NCBI GenBank assembly: GCA_964229935.1
Contig: CAXRGI010000293.1
Span: 11,385 to 75,384, forward strand
Reading direction: 5' to 3'
Origin: Opitutales bacterium
GTDB taxonomy: Bacteria > Verrucomicrobiota > Verrucomicrobiia > Opitutales > Opitutaceae
DNA length: 64,000 nt
The notes under the pieces were generated by a model. The model was not told the DNA's origin and made no database searches. It saw only the letters and a list, made by a program, of their open reading frames with translations. This document shows positions 1 through 10,007 of this stretch, one piece after another. The translations under genes and the position numbers were made by a program. Numbering within the stretch: the stretch's first letter is position 1; each line of letters opens with the position of its first letter.

Positions 1-352
1 CCCGCAGCTCGGGCGGGCGATCGGCCGAAAGCACGACCAGGGGCACGCCGGCCTCGCGCGCCTCGATCACCGCCGGGAAATAATGCGCTGGCGCCGAACC
101 GCTGGTGCAGAGCAACGCCACCGGCCTCCCGGACTGCTTCGCGAGCCCCAGAGCGAAGAAACCCGCCGATCGCTCGTCCACCACTGCGATCGCCTCGAAC
201 CCGCGATGCGCCGCCGCGGCCATCGCCACCGGCGTCGAGCGGGAACCGGGGGAGATCACCATTCTCCCCACGCCGCAGCGGACGAGCGTCTCCACCAGCA
301 CCCCCGCCCACAGGGAGTTCACGTTGCGCGCATCAGGGACGAAGGGAATCAT
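1..352 (-). CDS. menD: SEPHCHC synthase MenD, N-terminal part (runs off the window start)
   Basis: Manual translation from ATG at 352: [41 protein letters not shown]...[11 protein letters not shown]...[17 protein letters not shown], typical MenD motifs; start overlaps the isochorismate synthase stop (ATGA). Confidence 0.92.
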   Translation of the reverse strand, partial: MIPFVPDARNVNSLWAGVLVETLVRCGVGRMVISPGSRSTPVAMAAAAHRGFEAIAVVDERSAGFFALGLAKQSGRPVALLCTSGSAPAHYFPAVIEAREAGVPLVVLSADRPPELR

Positions 353-1788
353 GACGACGTAGGCGCGCCGATCGCGCCGAGCATGGCCCTAAACTTGAGT
401 TCGGTTTCCGCAAATTCCTTTTCGGGCGTGGAACCCGCGACAATGCCCGCGCCCGCGTAGAGCCGGGCGGAACGTCCGTCGACCAGCGCGCTGCGCAGGC
501 CGACAAAGAACTCCCCTCCTCGCCGCGCGTTCAGCCAGCCGAGTGCGCCGGCGTAAAGGCCGCGTGGGAACCCTTCCAGTTCCCCGATCGCCGCCAGCGC
601 CGCCGCACGCGGGGCGCCGCCGACCGCGGGCGTGGGATGCAGCTCCGCCAGAACGTCGAGCGGGTGCGCGCCATCGCGCAGAAGTCCCCGGACCGGGGTC
701 AGCAGGTGCTGGACGTTCGCCAGCCGCCGCACCTGGGGCGCACCCGAGGCCTCCAGTTCCGAGGCCAGCGGCGCCAACCGCGTGCGGATGTCGGCCAGAA
801 CCTGCTCATGCTCCCGACGGTCCTTCTCGCTGCGGGTCAGACCGGCCGCGAGGGCGGCATCCTCGCTGGCGCTCCCGCCACGAGGCGCCGAACCCGCCAG
901 CGCCTCGGTCTCGAAAACCCCGCGGCTCACCCGCAGCAACCGCTCCGGACTCGCTCCGATGAAGCTCGGTCCGCGGCCGTCGCTGAACGAGAACGAATAA
1001 CAATCCGGAAACCGCTGCCGCAGTCCGTTGAGCGCGACGAGCGGATGGAGCGGCTGGTCCGCCAGCAGGTCGATGGCGCGCGCGAGGACCACCTTGCTGA
1101 TTTCGCCCCGGCTGATCCGCTCCAACCCGCGGGCCACCGCCGCGCGGTAATCGCCCGCCTCGTGCAGGGAAAAGCACGCGGGGCGCGCGGCGGCGGGGCG
1201 CGCCGCCTCCCCTGCCGCCCCCTCGCCCACTTCCCGCAGCCGCCGGTGAGCGCGCCAGACGCGCAGCGCGAGCGCGTCGAGATCCGAATCGGACCCGACC
1301 ACGAGATTCGCCACCGCCGTGCCCGTGCCCCCGGCGAGCGCCACCTGCCAGCGCGGCACAAAAGCCGAAGCCGCCGGAAAGGGTTGGCCCGCCTCGCCCT
1401 CCTCTCGAAACGCGAAGGCCGTGAAAAAATGCGGTCCCCCGAGGGGAGCATTGACGTCCCCCACGGCGATGGTGTGCGCCAGCATCTCCTCCGCCCAGTC
1501 GCGGAGATCCCGGAAGCGACCGGGACCCGCGGCTTCCCGCCGCACCGCGACCTCGGCGCCGGCGAGCGCGGTGCCGATGGAGGGCCTCTCCGCGTAGAAA
1601 TGCGGCTGAGCCGGATCGAAAATGAGCTCGAGGACCGCGAGTGGATCCGGCGCCGGCAGGGCCAGCGAGATGCTGACCAATTTGTCGTGCCGATCACGCT
1701 CCGCCGCGTCGCGGCACGTGGCGAGAAATCCCCGCAACGCATCCGGGGAAGCCGCGTTTTCCGCGGGATGCAGGGGCAGGATCTCCAT
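349..1788 (-). CDS. menF: isochorismate synthase
   Basis: Chorismate-binding motifs [42 protein letters not shown]; coupled to menD. Confidence 0.9.
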   Translation of the reverse strand: MEILPLHPAENAASPDALRGFLATCRDAAERDRHDKLVSISLALPAPDPLAVLELIFDPAQPHFYAERPSIGTALAGAEVAVRREAAGPGRFRDLRDWAEEMLAHTIAVGDVNAPLGGPHFFTAFAFREEGEAGQPFPAASAFVPRWQVALAGGTGTAVANLVVGSDSDLDALALRVWRAHRRLREVGEGAAGEAARPAAARPACFSLHEAGDYRAAVARGLERISRGEISKVVLARAIDLLADQPLHPLVALNGLRQRFPDCYSFSFSDGRGPSFIGASPERLLRVSRGVFETEALAGSAPRGGSASEDAALAAGLTRSEKDRREHEQVLADIRTRLAPLASELEASGAPQVRRLANVQHLLTPVRGLLRDGAHPLDVLAELHPTPAVGGAPRAAALAAIGELEGFPRGLYAGALGWLNARRGGEFFVGLRSALVDGRSARLYAGAGIVAGSTPEKEFAETELKFRAMLGAIGAPTSS

Positions 1789-1811
1789 GGCGTGCCGCTC
1801 CGCCTCTGGCT

Positions 1812-3353
1812 TCAGTTCGCCGTCGCCGGGGCGGGCGGCGCGGGACGCGGGAAGAGCACCAGCGCCTCCGCCACGCGATTACCCGTGAGGCGGTCGCCCC
1901 AGACGAGCTCGTCGCGCCACACCGGCCCGGGCGTGTAACCCAGCACGCCGTTGATGCGCGCGGCCGCCGCGGGCATGACGTGCTGAAGCATGGCGACCGC
2001 CAGACGCAGCGCCTCCGCCATGGTGGCGAGCGACGTGCGAAGGAGCTCCTGGTCCTCGGCGGTGGTCGACTTGCCCAGTTTCCAGGGCGCCCGGCGCTCC
2101 ACATACGCGTTGGTCGCCGTGACGAACGCCATGGTGCGCTCGAGCGCGGTGTGAAACTGGAAACCCTCGCAGAGCCCCACGCACTCGGGTCCCGTCCGCG
2201 CCCACAGGGCCTGCAACTCGCGCTCCGCGTCCTGCGGCGAACCGCACGCCGGCACCGCGGCGCCCGCGAACCGGTTGGTCATGTTCAGCGTGCGGTTGAC
2301 GAGGTTGCCGAGGTTGTTCGCGAGCTCGCTGTTGTAGCGCACGAGGAATTGCTCGGGGGTGAAGTCGCTGTCCTGCCCGACGTTCATCTCCCGCATCAGG
2401 AAGTAGCGGAAAGCGTCGGATCCGAACTGGTCGACGAGGTCCAGCGGGTTGAGCGCGTTGCCGGTGCTCTTGGACATCTTGGCGCCGCGCTGCAGCCACC
2501 AGCCGTGGGCGAGGATGTGGCGCGGCAGCGGCAGGCCGGCCGCCTGCAACATGATCATCCAGTACACCGCGTGCGGCGGCACGAGGATGTCCTTGCCGAT
2601 CACATGGTAGTCGGCGGGCCACACGCCGGGCAGATCGGCGACGGCGGAATAGTAGTTCACCAGCGCGTCGAACCAGACGTAGGTCACGTACCCCTCGTCG
2701 AACGGCAGCGGGATGCCCCACTCGAGCCGCTCCTTGGGACGGGAAATACAGAGGTCGTTGAGGTCCTCCTTGAGGAATTCCTGCACCTGGCTTTGCCGGA
2801 AGCGCGGGAACACGAAGTCGGGGTTGGCCTCGAGAAAGCCGACTAACCACGGCTGGTATTTCTTCAGGCGGAAAAAGTAATTCGATTCGGTGATTTCCGT
2901 GACCTCGCCGAAGATCTCCGGCCAGGAGCCGTCCGGGTTACGGTCCTTATCCTGCAGGAACTGCTCCTGGCGGGCGGAGTAGAACCCGCGGTACTCGGCC
3001 CGGTAGATGTCACCCTGGTCGAAGAGTTGCTGCAAAAGCCGGCGCACGACCTTCTTGTGCCGCTCCTCGGTGGTGCGGATGAAGTCGTCGTTGGTGATCT
3101 GCAGCCGCGGCAGCATCGCACGGAACTCGGCCGAAATCGTGTCGCAGAACACCTGCGGGGCGATGCCGCGCTGGCGGGCACTCGCCTGCACCTTCTGCCC
3201 GTGCTCGTCGGTGCCCGTCAGGAAGCGGACCTGGTCCCCCATCTGCCGGCGAAAGCGGGCGATCACGTCGGTCAGCACCTTTTCATACGCGTGCCCGAGG
3301 TGCGGCGACCCGTTCGCGTAGTCGATGGCGGTGGTGATGTAGAAGGACTTCAT
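1812..3353 (-). CDS. metG: methionine--tRNA ligase (short form)
   Basis: MKSFYITTAIDYANGSPHLGH (HIGH), YVWFDAL, KMSKS; start moved to ATG at 3353 because the ORF-track extension runs through the tRNA. Confidence 0.95.
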   Translation of the reverse strand: MKSFYITTAIDYANGSPHLGHAYEKVLTDVIARFRRQMGDQVRFLTGTDEHGQKVQASARQRGIAPQVFCDTISAEFRAMLPRLQITNDDFIRTTEERHKKVVRRLLQQLFDQGDIYRAEYRGFYSARQEQFLQDKDRNPDGSWPEIFGEVTEITESNYFFRLKKYQPWLVGFLEANPDFVFPRFRQSQVQEFLKEDLNDLCISRPKERLEWGIPLPFDEGYVTYVWFDALVNYYSAVADLPGVWPADYHVIGKDILVPPHAVYWMIMLQAAGLPLPRHILAHGWWLQRGAKMSKSTGNALNPLDLVDQFGSDAFRYFLMREMNVGQDSDFTPEQFLVRYNSELANNLGNLVNRTLNMTNRFAGAAVPACGSPQDAERELQALWARTGPECVGLCEGFQFHTALERTMAFVTATNAYVERRAPWKLGKSTTAEDQELLRTSLATMAEALRLAVAMLQHVMPAAAARINGVLGYTPGPVWRDELVWGDRLTGNRVAEALVLFPRPAPPAPATAN

Positions 3354-3453
3354 GCGGGAACCCGCGAAAGGAAGCGACCCCGGGACAAATGTCGAAGACT
3401 TTGCCCCTTCCGGTTCTACCGTCCCGCCAACCGCGCCGCGCCGTGTCAAAAAT

Positions 3454-3539
<86 letters not shown>

Positions 3540-3610
3540 AGCGCGGGGCGCGGAACGTCGCGACTCGACTTCCGGACGGCAAGCGCATTTTTCGCCCGCA
3601 GCTCCTCGTC

Positions 3611-4456
3611 GTGCACGCCTTTCGCCCATCCTACCGGGGACGCCTCGCGCCCTCGCCCACCGGTCTGCTTCACCTCGGGCACGCGCGCACGTTCTGGATC
3701 GCCGCGCAACGGGCCGCATCGTCCGGCGGCGAGCTGCTGCTGCGCAACGACGACCTCGACGGCGACCGCTGCCGCCCGGAGTTCGTGGACGCGCTGCGCG
3801 AGGATCTGGCCTGGCTCGGCCTCCGCTGGCGCGAGCCGATGATCTCTCAGTCCGCCCGCCTTCCCGCCTACCGCGCGGCCCTGGAGCGCCTGCATGCGGC
3901 GGGGCTCATCTTCCCGTGCACACGTTCGCGGCGCGATGTGCTCGATGCCGCCGGCGCCCCTCATGAGGGCGGTGCGGATGACGAGCCGTTGTATCCGCCG
4001 GCCTTCCGGCCACCCGCCGGGGCACCTCCACCCCCGCTCGGGGCGATCATAACCGCCAATTGGCGCCTCCGCGTGCCGGATGGCGAGGAGATCGCCTTCA
4101 CCGACGGAAGGCTGGGGCGGCAGGCGGCCGTCGCCGGTCGCGACTTCGGCGACTTCCTGGTTTGGCGGCGAGATGGCATCCCCAGCTACCAACTGGCGTG
4201 CGCGGTGGACGACGCCGAGTTCGGCATCACGGAGGTCGTGCGCGGGGAGGACCTCGTCCGCAGCACGTTCCGCCAGCTGCTCCTGTTCCGCGCGCTCGGG
4301 GCCCCGCCGCCCGCCTATTTCCACGCCGCGTTGCTACGCGACGACCAGGGCGCGCGTCTCGCGAAACGCCACGATGCACTGTCACTCCGCGCGTTACGCG
4401 CCGCCGGCCGGAGTCCCGCCGAACTGATCGCCGGGTTCGCGGCCGACCCAACCTGA
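3611..4456 (+). CDS. gluQ: glutamyl-Q tRNA(Asp) synthetase
   Basis: GRLAPSPTGLLHLGH, YQLACAVDD, VVRGEDL, RLAKR; GluRS catalytic domain without anticodon-binding domain. Confidence 0.9.
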   Translation: MHAFRPSYRGRLAPSPTGLLHLGHARTFWIAAQRAASSGGELLLRNDDLDGDRCRPEFVDALREDLAWLGLRWREPMISQSARLPAYRAALERLHAAGLIFPCTRSRRDVLDAAGAPHEGGADDEPLYPPAFRPPAGAPPPPLGAIITANWRLRVPDGEEIAFTDGRLGRQAAVAGRDFGDFLVWRRDGIPSYQLACAVDDAEFGITEVVRGEDLVRSTFRQLLLFRALGAPPPAYFHAALLRDDQGARLAKRHDALSLRALRAAGRSPAELIAGFAADPT

Positions 4457-4494
4457 GTCTCGCCTCGGCGCGCCGCGCCGATTTCTCTCCCGTT

Positions 4495-5028
4495 ATGGCC
4501 AACGCTCCCCGCATCGGCGTCCTCAACATTTCCGACCGCGCCAGCGCGGGCGTGTACGAGGACACTCCGGGCAAGGCCTGCGTGGCCTTGCTGCGCGAGT
4601 GGCTGGCGACCGGGTTCGAGGTCGACTACCGCGTCATCCCCGACGAACAACCGCTGATCGAGGCGGAACTGCGACGCCTGGCGGACGAAACCGGTTGCTG
4701 TCTGGTGGTGACCACCGGTGGCACGGGACCGGCGCCACGGGATGTAACTCCGGAAGCCACGGCGGCGGTCTGCGACAAAATGCTGCCGGGGTTCGGCGAA
4801 CTGATGCGCGCGACGTCGCTCAAGTACGTCCCCACCGCGATTCTTTCGCGCCAGACGGCGGGTATCCGCGGCCGCACCCTGATCGTCAATCTGCCCGGCC
4901 GCCCCAAGGCGATCCGCGAAAACCTGGAGGCTGTCTTCCCGGCGATCCCGTACTGCATCGACCTCATCGGCGGACCCCGCCTCGAGACCCATGAGGCGGT
5001 GATGAAAGCTTTCCGCCCGAAGGCCTGA
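4495..5028 (+). CDS. mog: molybdopterin adenylyltransferase
   Basis: ISDRASAGVYED, TTGGTGPAPRDVTPEAT, ILSRQTAGIRG, NLPGRPKAI. Confidence 0.93.
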   Translation: MANAPRIGVLNISDRASAGVYEDTPGKACVALLREWLATGFEVDYRVIPDEQPLIEAELRRLADETGCCLVVTTGGTGPAPRDVTPEATAAVCDKMLPGFGELMRATSLKYVPTAILSRQTAGIRGRTLIVNLPGRPKAIRENLEAVFPAIPYCIDLIGGPRLETHEAVMKAFRPKA

Positions 5029-5094
5029 AATGAAACGAGACGCCCCGGGACTTGCGCGGCCTGCCGCGGTTTCCACCTTTGAACCAGCTCAACC

Positions 5095-5316
5095 ATGACC
5101 ACGTACGTTTACGAAACGGTTCCGCAGAAACCCGGCTTGGAGCCGCGCCGCTTCGAGGTGCGCCAGTCGATGAACGACGCTCCCCTCACCCGGCATCCCG
5201 AGACGGGCGAACCCGTCCGCCGGGTGATCGCGGGCGGCTTCGGATTTATCGCCCAGAAGGCGGAGCCGCCGCCGCGCCCCTGCGGCTCCCAATGCGGCTG
5301 CTTCGGGCAGAACTGA
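5095..5316 (+). CDS. FmdB-like zinc-ribbon small protein (Cys-less core)
   Basis: MTTYVYE...FEVRQSMNDAPLTRHPETGEPVRRVIAGGFG, the FmdB pattern, plus a C-terminal CxxxCGC. Confidence 0.75.
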   Translation: MTTYVYETVPQKPGLEPRRFEVRQSMNDAPLTRHPETGEPVRRVIAGGFGFIAQKAEPPPRPCGSQCGCFGQN

Positions 5317-5386
5317 ACCGGAACCGCTCCACCTCGGTTTCCGGGACACGCCGCGCGACCGTCGACGGCAGCGCGCGCCGGAGCGC

Positions 5387-5761
5387 TCAGAGCTCCGTGT
5401 ACTTGTCGGACCGTCCCCGCGCCTTCTCGACGGGGTAGCGCCGGGCGTTGGAGGCGAGCTTCGCTTCGATCGCGGACGACACGTCGATTCCCGTCATGTT
5501 GGCGAACTCGAGGGCATAGATGACGACATCCGCGAGTTCCTCCGCGATCCGCTCGCGTTTGGCGGGGTCCCGCGCCAGCGTCGCCGCCTGGTCGGGCGTG
5601 GACCAGAGAAAGTGCTCCATGAGTTCGCCGGCCTCGGCCGCGAGCGCCATGCTGAGGTTTTTCGGCGAGTGAAACTGCTCCCAGTCGCGCGCGCGCACGA
5701 ACGCGAGCACGCTGGACTTCAATTCGGACACGGTGGTCCGGGCGTCGGAAGCGGAGGTCAT
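5387..5761 (-). CDS. MazG-like nucleotide pyrophosphohydrolase
   Basis: RDWEQFHSPKNLSMALAAEAGELMEHF...EELADV...NARRYPVEK. Confidence 0.9.
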   Translation of the reverse strand: MTSASDARTTVSELKSSVLAFVRARDWEQFHSPKNLSMALAAEAGELMEHFLWSTPDQAATLARDPAKRERIAEELADVVIYALEFANMTGIDVSSAIEAKLASNARRYPVEKARGRSDKYTEL

Positions 5762-5823
5762 CCCGCGACGGTGGGGCGGCCGATCCGCCGGCGCAATCTT
5801 GGTGCCGTGGATGAGTTTTTACT

Positions 5824-5839
5824 TGGCACGCTACCTGCA
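5824..5839 (+). promoter_or_regulatory. sigma54 (-24/-12) promoter candidate upstream of the Hsp20 leader
   Basis: TGGCACGCTACCTGCA: GG-N10-GC spacing with a perfect TGGCACG -24 element. Confidence 0.65.
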
Positions 5840-6088
5840 GAGTGCACGTTCGCCACCCGTTTCACGATGACCGTCCGCCAACAGCACCACGTCCGCCGCT
5901 CCGGCGCCTGCTTCATGCAGGCCTGGCAGCGCCCGGGTGCGCCGCGGCCGGCCGTTGTTTCCGTCTGGAACAAAAAAGCCGGCTCGGGCCACCAGAACTG
6001 AACCTCCGCCTCCGCGGAAACGTTCAGCTCTCTGAAGCCCGGCGGTCACCAGACCCCGTGAGGAGACGTTTCCGCATCCCTCCTCCCC

Positions 6089-6472
6089 ATGAAAAGCACG
6101 CTGCTCAGCACCAGAATCCCGTCCTCCTCTCCCGCGCGGGCGGGCCGGAACGCCGCATTCAGGGAACCCGTCTATGAATGCCGCGAGACGGAGCACGGCC
6201 TCCGGTTAACCGTCTACCTGCCCGGAGTGGAGGCTCACGGAGTCGACATCGAGGGAAGCGGCGCCGACCTCACCGTGACCGCCCGCAAGCCGCATCCGTT
6301 GCGGGTGAACTTCGACGCGCTGCACCTTGAGGGGGTTCAGCGGGATTATCTCCTGCGCCTGCGGCTCGGGCACGGATTCAACTTCGGCGCGATGGCGGCG
6401 GAAATCACGCGCGGCGTGCTTACGGTGAATCTACCGAAGCGGACGCGCGCGGCACTGCCCAGGGTGGCCTGA
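6089..6472 (+). CDS. Hsp20/alpha-crystallin family protein
   Basis: LTVYLPGV...VDI...LTVTA...GVLTVNLPK. Confidence 0.85.
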   Translation: MKSTLLSTRIPSSSPARAGRNAAFREPVYECRETEHGLRLTVYLPGVEAHGVDIEGSGADLTVTARKPHPLRVNFDALHLEGVQRDYLLRLRLGHGFNFGAMAAEITRGVLTVNLPKRTRAALPRVA

Positions 6473-6496
6473 GGAAAGAACCGACATTCGGGCAAG

Positions 6497-6530
6497 AAAA
6501 AGGCCGCGTCCCGGAGGACGCGGCCTTTTT
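6497..6530. terminator. bidirectional intrinsic terminator
   Basis: AAAAAGGCCGCGTCC-CGGA-GGACGCGGCCTTTTT between convergent genes. Confidence 0.9.
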
Positions 6531-6547
6531 GTCGGAGCGACCCGGAA

Positions 6548-8137
6548 TCAGGTCTGCTCCTCGAGCTTCACGGCGCGGTATCCGCCGATGCTCTTGAAGT
6601 AGAGCAGCATCGCCAGGTAGATCGCGGCCATGGTGAGCGGGATGTAGGAGTCGACCTTGAGGGTCGCGCGATCGCCCTTCTGGTTGGCGGCCACGATGGC
6701 CTTCTGCTCGGGCGTCCCCTTGTCGCCGGCCTTCTTGGCGGCCTCGAGCTTGCTGCCATCAACCGCGGTGACCGGCTCCAGGAAGAGGAACTTCGAGGGG
6801 GCGGAAGCCTTGTTGGCCTCGTAGACCGCGGCGTTGGTGGTCTTGAGGTTCTCCGCGGTGAAGCGGTCTTTGGCGTAACCGAGGCCGGGGCCGCCGATCA
6901 GGCCGGCGGAGAGCATGCCGATGCCGCCCATGATGGACATGGCGACGGCGCCGGAGCGCGGGTAGCGATCGCCAACCACGGCGAGCATCGTGGGCCAGAA
7001 GAACGTCTTGCCGACCGCGTAGAGGCCGAGGGCGACCAGCGCGATGACGAAGGAGTTCATCCCCGAGGCCATCTGCAGGCCGACGACCGCCAGGATCGCG
7101 GAGGTCAGCAGCAGGCCGACCGGCGAAAGACCGAGTTTGGTCTCGATGAAGTTGGCGCAGAAGCGCAGCCCGAACATGATGGCGGAGGTCCAGACGAAGA
7201 GGATCTTGCCCTGCTCCGGTGTGAAGAGGTTGCCGGTGATGGCCTCGATCCAGCCGTCGGTGCCGAGCTCGACCGCGCCGACGAGCGCGTGGGTGATGAA
7301 GAGCACGAACAGCAGGAACGACCCGAAGGAGAAACGGGTGAGCACGCCGACCGCGATCAGAAGCACGCCGCCGATGGTGAAGCCCATCGCCGCGCCCCCG
7401 AAGAAGAGCGCGAGCAGGTAGCAGACGACAGCCGCACCGAGCAGACCCACGTCCTTGAACATGTCGGCGAAGCTGGCGCCCTTGGCGGCCGCCTCGGACT
7501 TCGGGAACGACTGGCCCATGAACATGATCGCGTAGGCGGCGGTCGGGACGAGGTAGAACGCCAGCTGGCCCTTCCAACCGAAGCCCATCACGTTGCCGAG
7601 CAGGTAGGAGGCGACGGCGCCAACCACCATGCCGAGCGGCCACGAGGCGTGCAGAATGTTGAGATAGTGCGTGCGGTTTTGCGGATAGACCGTGGCGACG
7701 AGCGGGTTGGCCACCGCCTCCAGGGTGCCGTTCGCGTAGGCGAAAATGAACATGCCCCAATAGAGGAAGTCATACGCGTTCTGCTTGGTCGCCATGAATG
7801 TGACCACCGCGGAGAGCACGTGGCCCAGCAGGGCGAGGGCGACCAGCTTGCCGTAGCCCAGCTTGTCGACGATCACGCCGCCGATGATGATGCCGAAGCA
7901 GAACCCGGTGAAGCCGGCGCCTCCGATGGCACCGAGTTGGGTGGCCGTGAAGCCGTACTCCGACGCCCAAGCGCCGAAGATACCGCCGCGGAGCGCGAAG
8001 CCCACGCCGGCGGCCAGGATGGCCATGAAGCCCGCCCAAAGAAGCCTGCTGGCGTTCGGGACGGTGCCTTGGTTGCTGATTGCTGGATTACTCGTCATAC
8101 GGGGATTTTTGCTGGGTTGAGTTGTGGGAACTGACAA
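6548..8137 (-). CDS. MFS transporter (start may be 8098)
   Basis: About 12 hydrophobic segments; [11 protein letters not shown] motif A; [13 protein letters not shown]. Confidence 0.88.
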   Translation of the reverse strand: MSVPTTQPSKNPRMTSNPAISNQGTVPNASRLLWAGFMAILAAGVGFALRGGIFGAWASEYGFTATQLGAIGGAGFTGFCFGIIIGGVIVDKLGYGKLVALALLGHVLSAVVTFMATKQNAYDFLYWGMFIFAYANGTLEAVANPLVATVYPQNRTHYLNILHASWPLGMVVGAVASYLLGNVMGFGWKGQLAFYLVPTAAYAIMFMGQSFPKSEAAAKGASFADMFKDVGLLGAAVVCYLLALFFGGAAMGFTIGGVLLIAVGVLTRFSFGSFLLFVLFITHALVGAVELGTDGWIEAITGNLFTPEQGKILFVWTSAIMFGLRFCANFIETKLGLSPVGLLLTSAILAVVGLQMASGMNSFVIALVALGLYAVGKTFFWPTMLAVVGDRYPRSGAVAMSIMGGIGMLSAGLIGGPGLGYAKDRFTAENLKTTNAAVYEANKASAPSKFLFLEPVTAVDGSKLEAAKKAGDKGTPEQKAIVAANQKGDRATLKVDSYIPLTMAAIYLAMLLYFKSIGGYRAVKLEEQT

Positions 8138-8542
8138 GTGGATGCGCAGGCCGGGACTTCAGTACGTCCGGCAACGGCGGAGAACAGCGGAGAATTTCAA
8201 GGGGTAGAAACGCTGACGGGGGAAGTTGAGCGCGCGCCGTGCGCTGGGCAAGGGCACATTTTCGCGATCCGCGGGTCAGAGCCCGGGATAACGACGTTCG
8301 CCACCAAAGCCCATGAAGAACCTTTTCCTAAAACTCATTTCATCCCGTAACCACTCCGCCCGCAGCCGCCCCGTTTCCGGCGCAAAGAGGCTTCCGATTC
8401 AGGGCCCCGCGATCTCGAGTTCAAACGCGGGCCGCTTCCGTCCGCCCTCGCTGATCGACCCTCCACTGCCCGGCCGCACCGGACTCACCAAGCCGCCAGA
8501 AGGGCCGCGTCTCTTGCCGGCGGATTGATCCCACCGAGAGAC

Positions 8543-9412
8543 TCAAGCGGCAGGCACCACCCAGTCCACGCGGGAGCCGCCGCCCGGTCCCTGCGCCAAT
8601 CGCCGGGCCAGGAAACCGACGATCTCACGCGCCGCCTGGTCGAACTGCCAGGGCGGATTGACCACCGCCAGACCGCAGCCACTGAGGCGTGGACCGCCGG
8701 AAACCGAGGCGATGGTCAACTCGACCGATAGCACCGGCGTCGGCGCCAACCCCGCGAGCGCGCCCAGCAGGTCCTCCGCGCGCGCCCTGCCGGTGAGCGG
8801 ATACCAGAGCGCAAAGACGCCGCCGGCCAGCCGCCGCAGCCCCTCGCGCAAGGAGGCCAGCGCGCGGGCGAGTTCATCCTGCGCCTCGTAGGGCGGGTCG
8901 ATCAGAACCAAGGCCCGGCGCTCCAACGGCGGCAGCACCGCGGCAAGCTCAAGGTAGCCGTCGGCACAACGAACCTCGCTGCGTCGCGTACCCGCCATCG
9001 TCCCACGCAAGGCGTCGCACTCGGCGACATTAAGCTCACAGAGCACCAGCCGGTCCACCGGCCGGGCGAGCGCGGCCGCGATCAGAGGGGATCCGGGGTA
9101 GAAACGGGGGCCGGCCGCAAGGTTGCCCCCGGACCGGTCGTGCTCGCGCACCAGCGAAACGTAGGTCGCGAGCGATCCGGGCAGCACCGGCTCGTCCCAC
9201 AGACGCCCCAAGCCCTCCGGCCACTCGGGTTGGCGCGCGAGAGAATCTCCCGAAGCCGCCGTCGCGAGGTCGTACCGGCCGCGGCCGGCGTGGGTGTCCA
9301 CGAAGACAAAGCCCTTGTCCTTGCGCTGAAGCAGACGGACCAGCTCGACCAGCAGGGCGTGCTTGAGCACGTCGGCGAAATTGCCGGCGTGGAACTGATG
9401 GCGGTAATTCAT
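8543..9412 (-). CDS. rlmJ: 23S rRNA m6A2030 methyltransferase
   Basis: MNYRHQFHAGNFADVLKH, DTHAGRG, YPGSP, LIDPPYE, NPPW. Confidence 0.95.
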   Translation of the reverse strand: MNYRHQFHAGNFADVLKHALLVELVRLLQRKDKGFVFVDTHAGRGRYDLATAASGDSLARQPEWPEGLGRLWDEPVLPGSLATYVSLVREHDRSGGNLAAGPRFYPGSPLIAAALARPVDRLVLCELNVAECDALRGTMAGTRRSEVRCADGYLELAAVLPPLERRALVLIDPPYEAQDELARALASLREGLRRLAGGVFALWYPLTGRARAEDLLGALAGLAPTPVLSVELTIASVSGGPRLSGCGLAVVNPPWQFDQAAREIVGFLARRLAQGPGGGSRVDWVVPAA

Positions 9413-9433
9413 CCGGGCCCGCGCGCGGCCGCC

Positions 9434-9931
9434 TCAGGCGACCGGGACCTTCACGACGGTCTTCCTCACCAGCACCGGAGCAGCCCCGGACCGCAGACCC
9501 GGCATGTGCACGTCGGCCGGGAAAAAGACGGCGACATCGCCCGCCTCCAGCCGCACGCTCGAGGCCCCGGCGACGTCGGCGTGATGCGTGAAGTCGCGTT
9601 CCGGGTCGTAAGGCACCTGCACGGGGCTCCGCGCGGCGTCGATCACCTCGATCACCTCGCCGCCGGCCACGAGCACCTGCACGTCGATGTGGCGGCGATG
9701 CGACTCGAAGAAGCCCTCCGCGCGGGGCTTGGTGTGATAGGCCTGCTCGATCGCGAAGACCCCGTCCCCCAGCTCCACCCGCGCGGATTTCCCGGGCTCC
9801 ACGGCGAGAAGCCGCGCCCGCGCCGCCGAGCCCTCGCGCAAAACTTCCTGCACGTAGGCGAAGGCCACGGCGAACGCCGCGCTGCGCGGACTCTGCGTCC
9901 GCACGGTTTCGAATGATCCCAGGATGGCCAT
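9434..9931 (-). CDS. YhcH/YjgK/YiaL (DUF386) family protein
   Basis: FESHRRHIDVQ...GEVI...FFPADVHMP...KTVVKV. Confidence 0.88.
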   Translation of the reverse strand: MAILGSFETVRTQSPRSAAFAVAFAYVQEVLREGSAARARLLAVEPGKSARVELGDGVFAIEQAYHTKPRAEGFFESHRRHIDVQVLVAGGEVIEVIDAARSPVQVPYDPERDFTHHADVAGASSVRLEAGDVAVFFPADVHMPGLRSGAAPVLVRKTVVKVPVA

Positions 9932-10007
9932 GGGCCGACTGGACGCCGCGCCTCCGGCGCTGGCAAGCCGCGAAAACCCGCCCGGCACCGCGACGGCGCG
10001 TGCCGTC

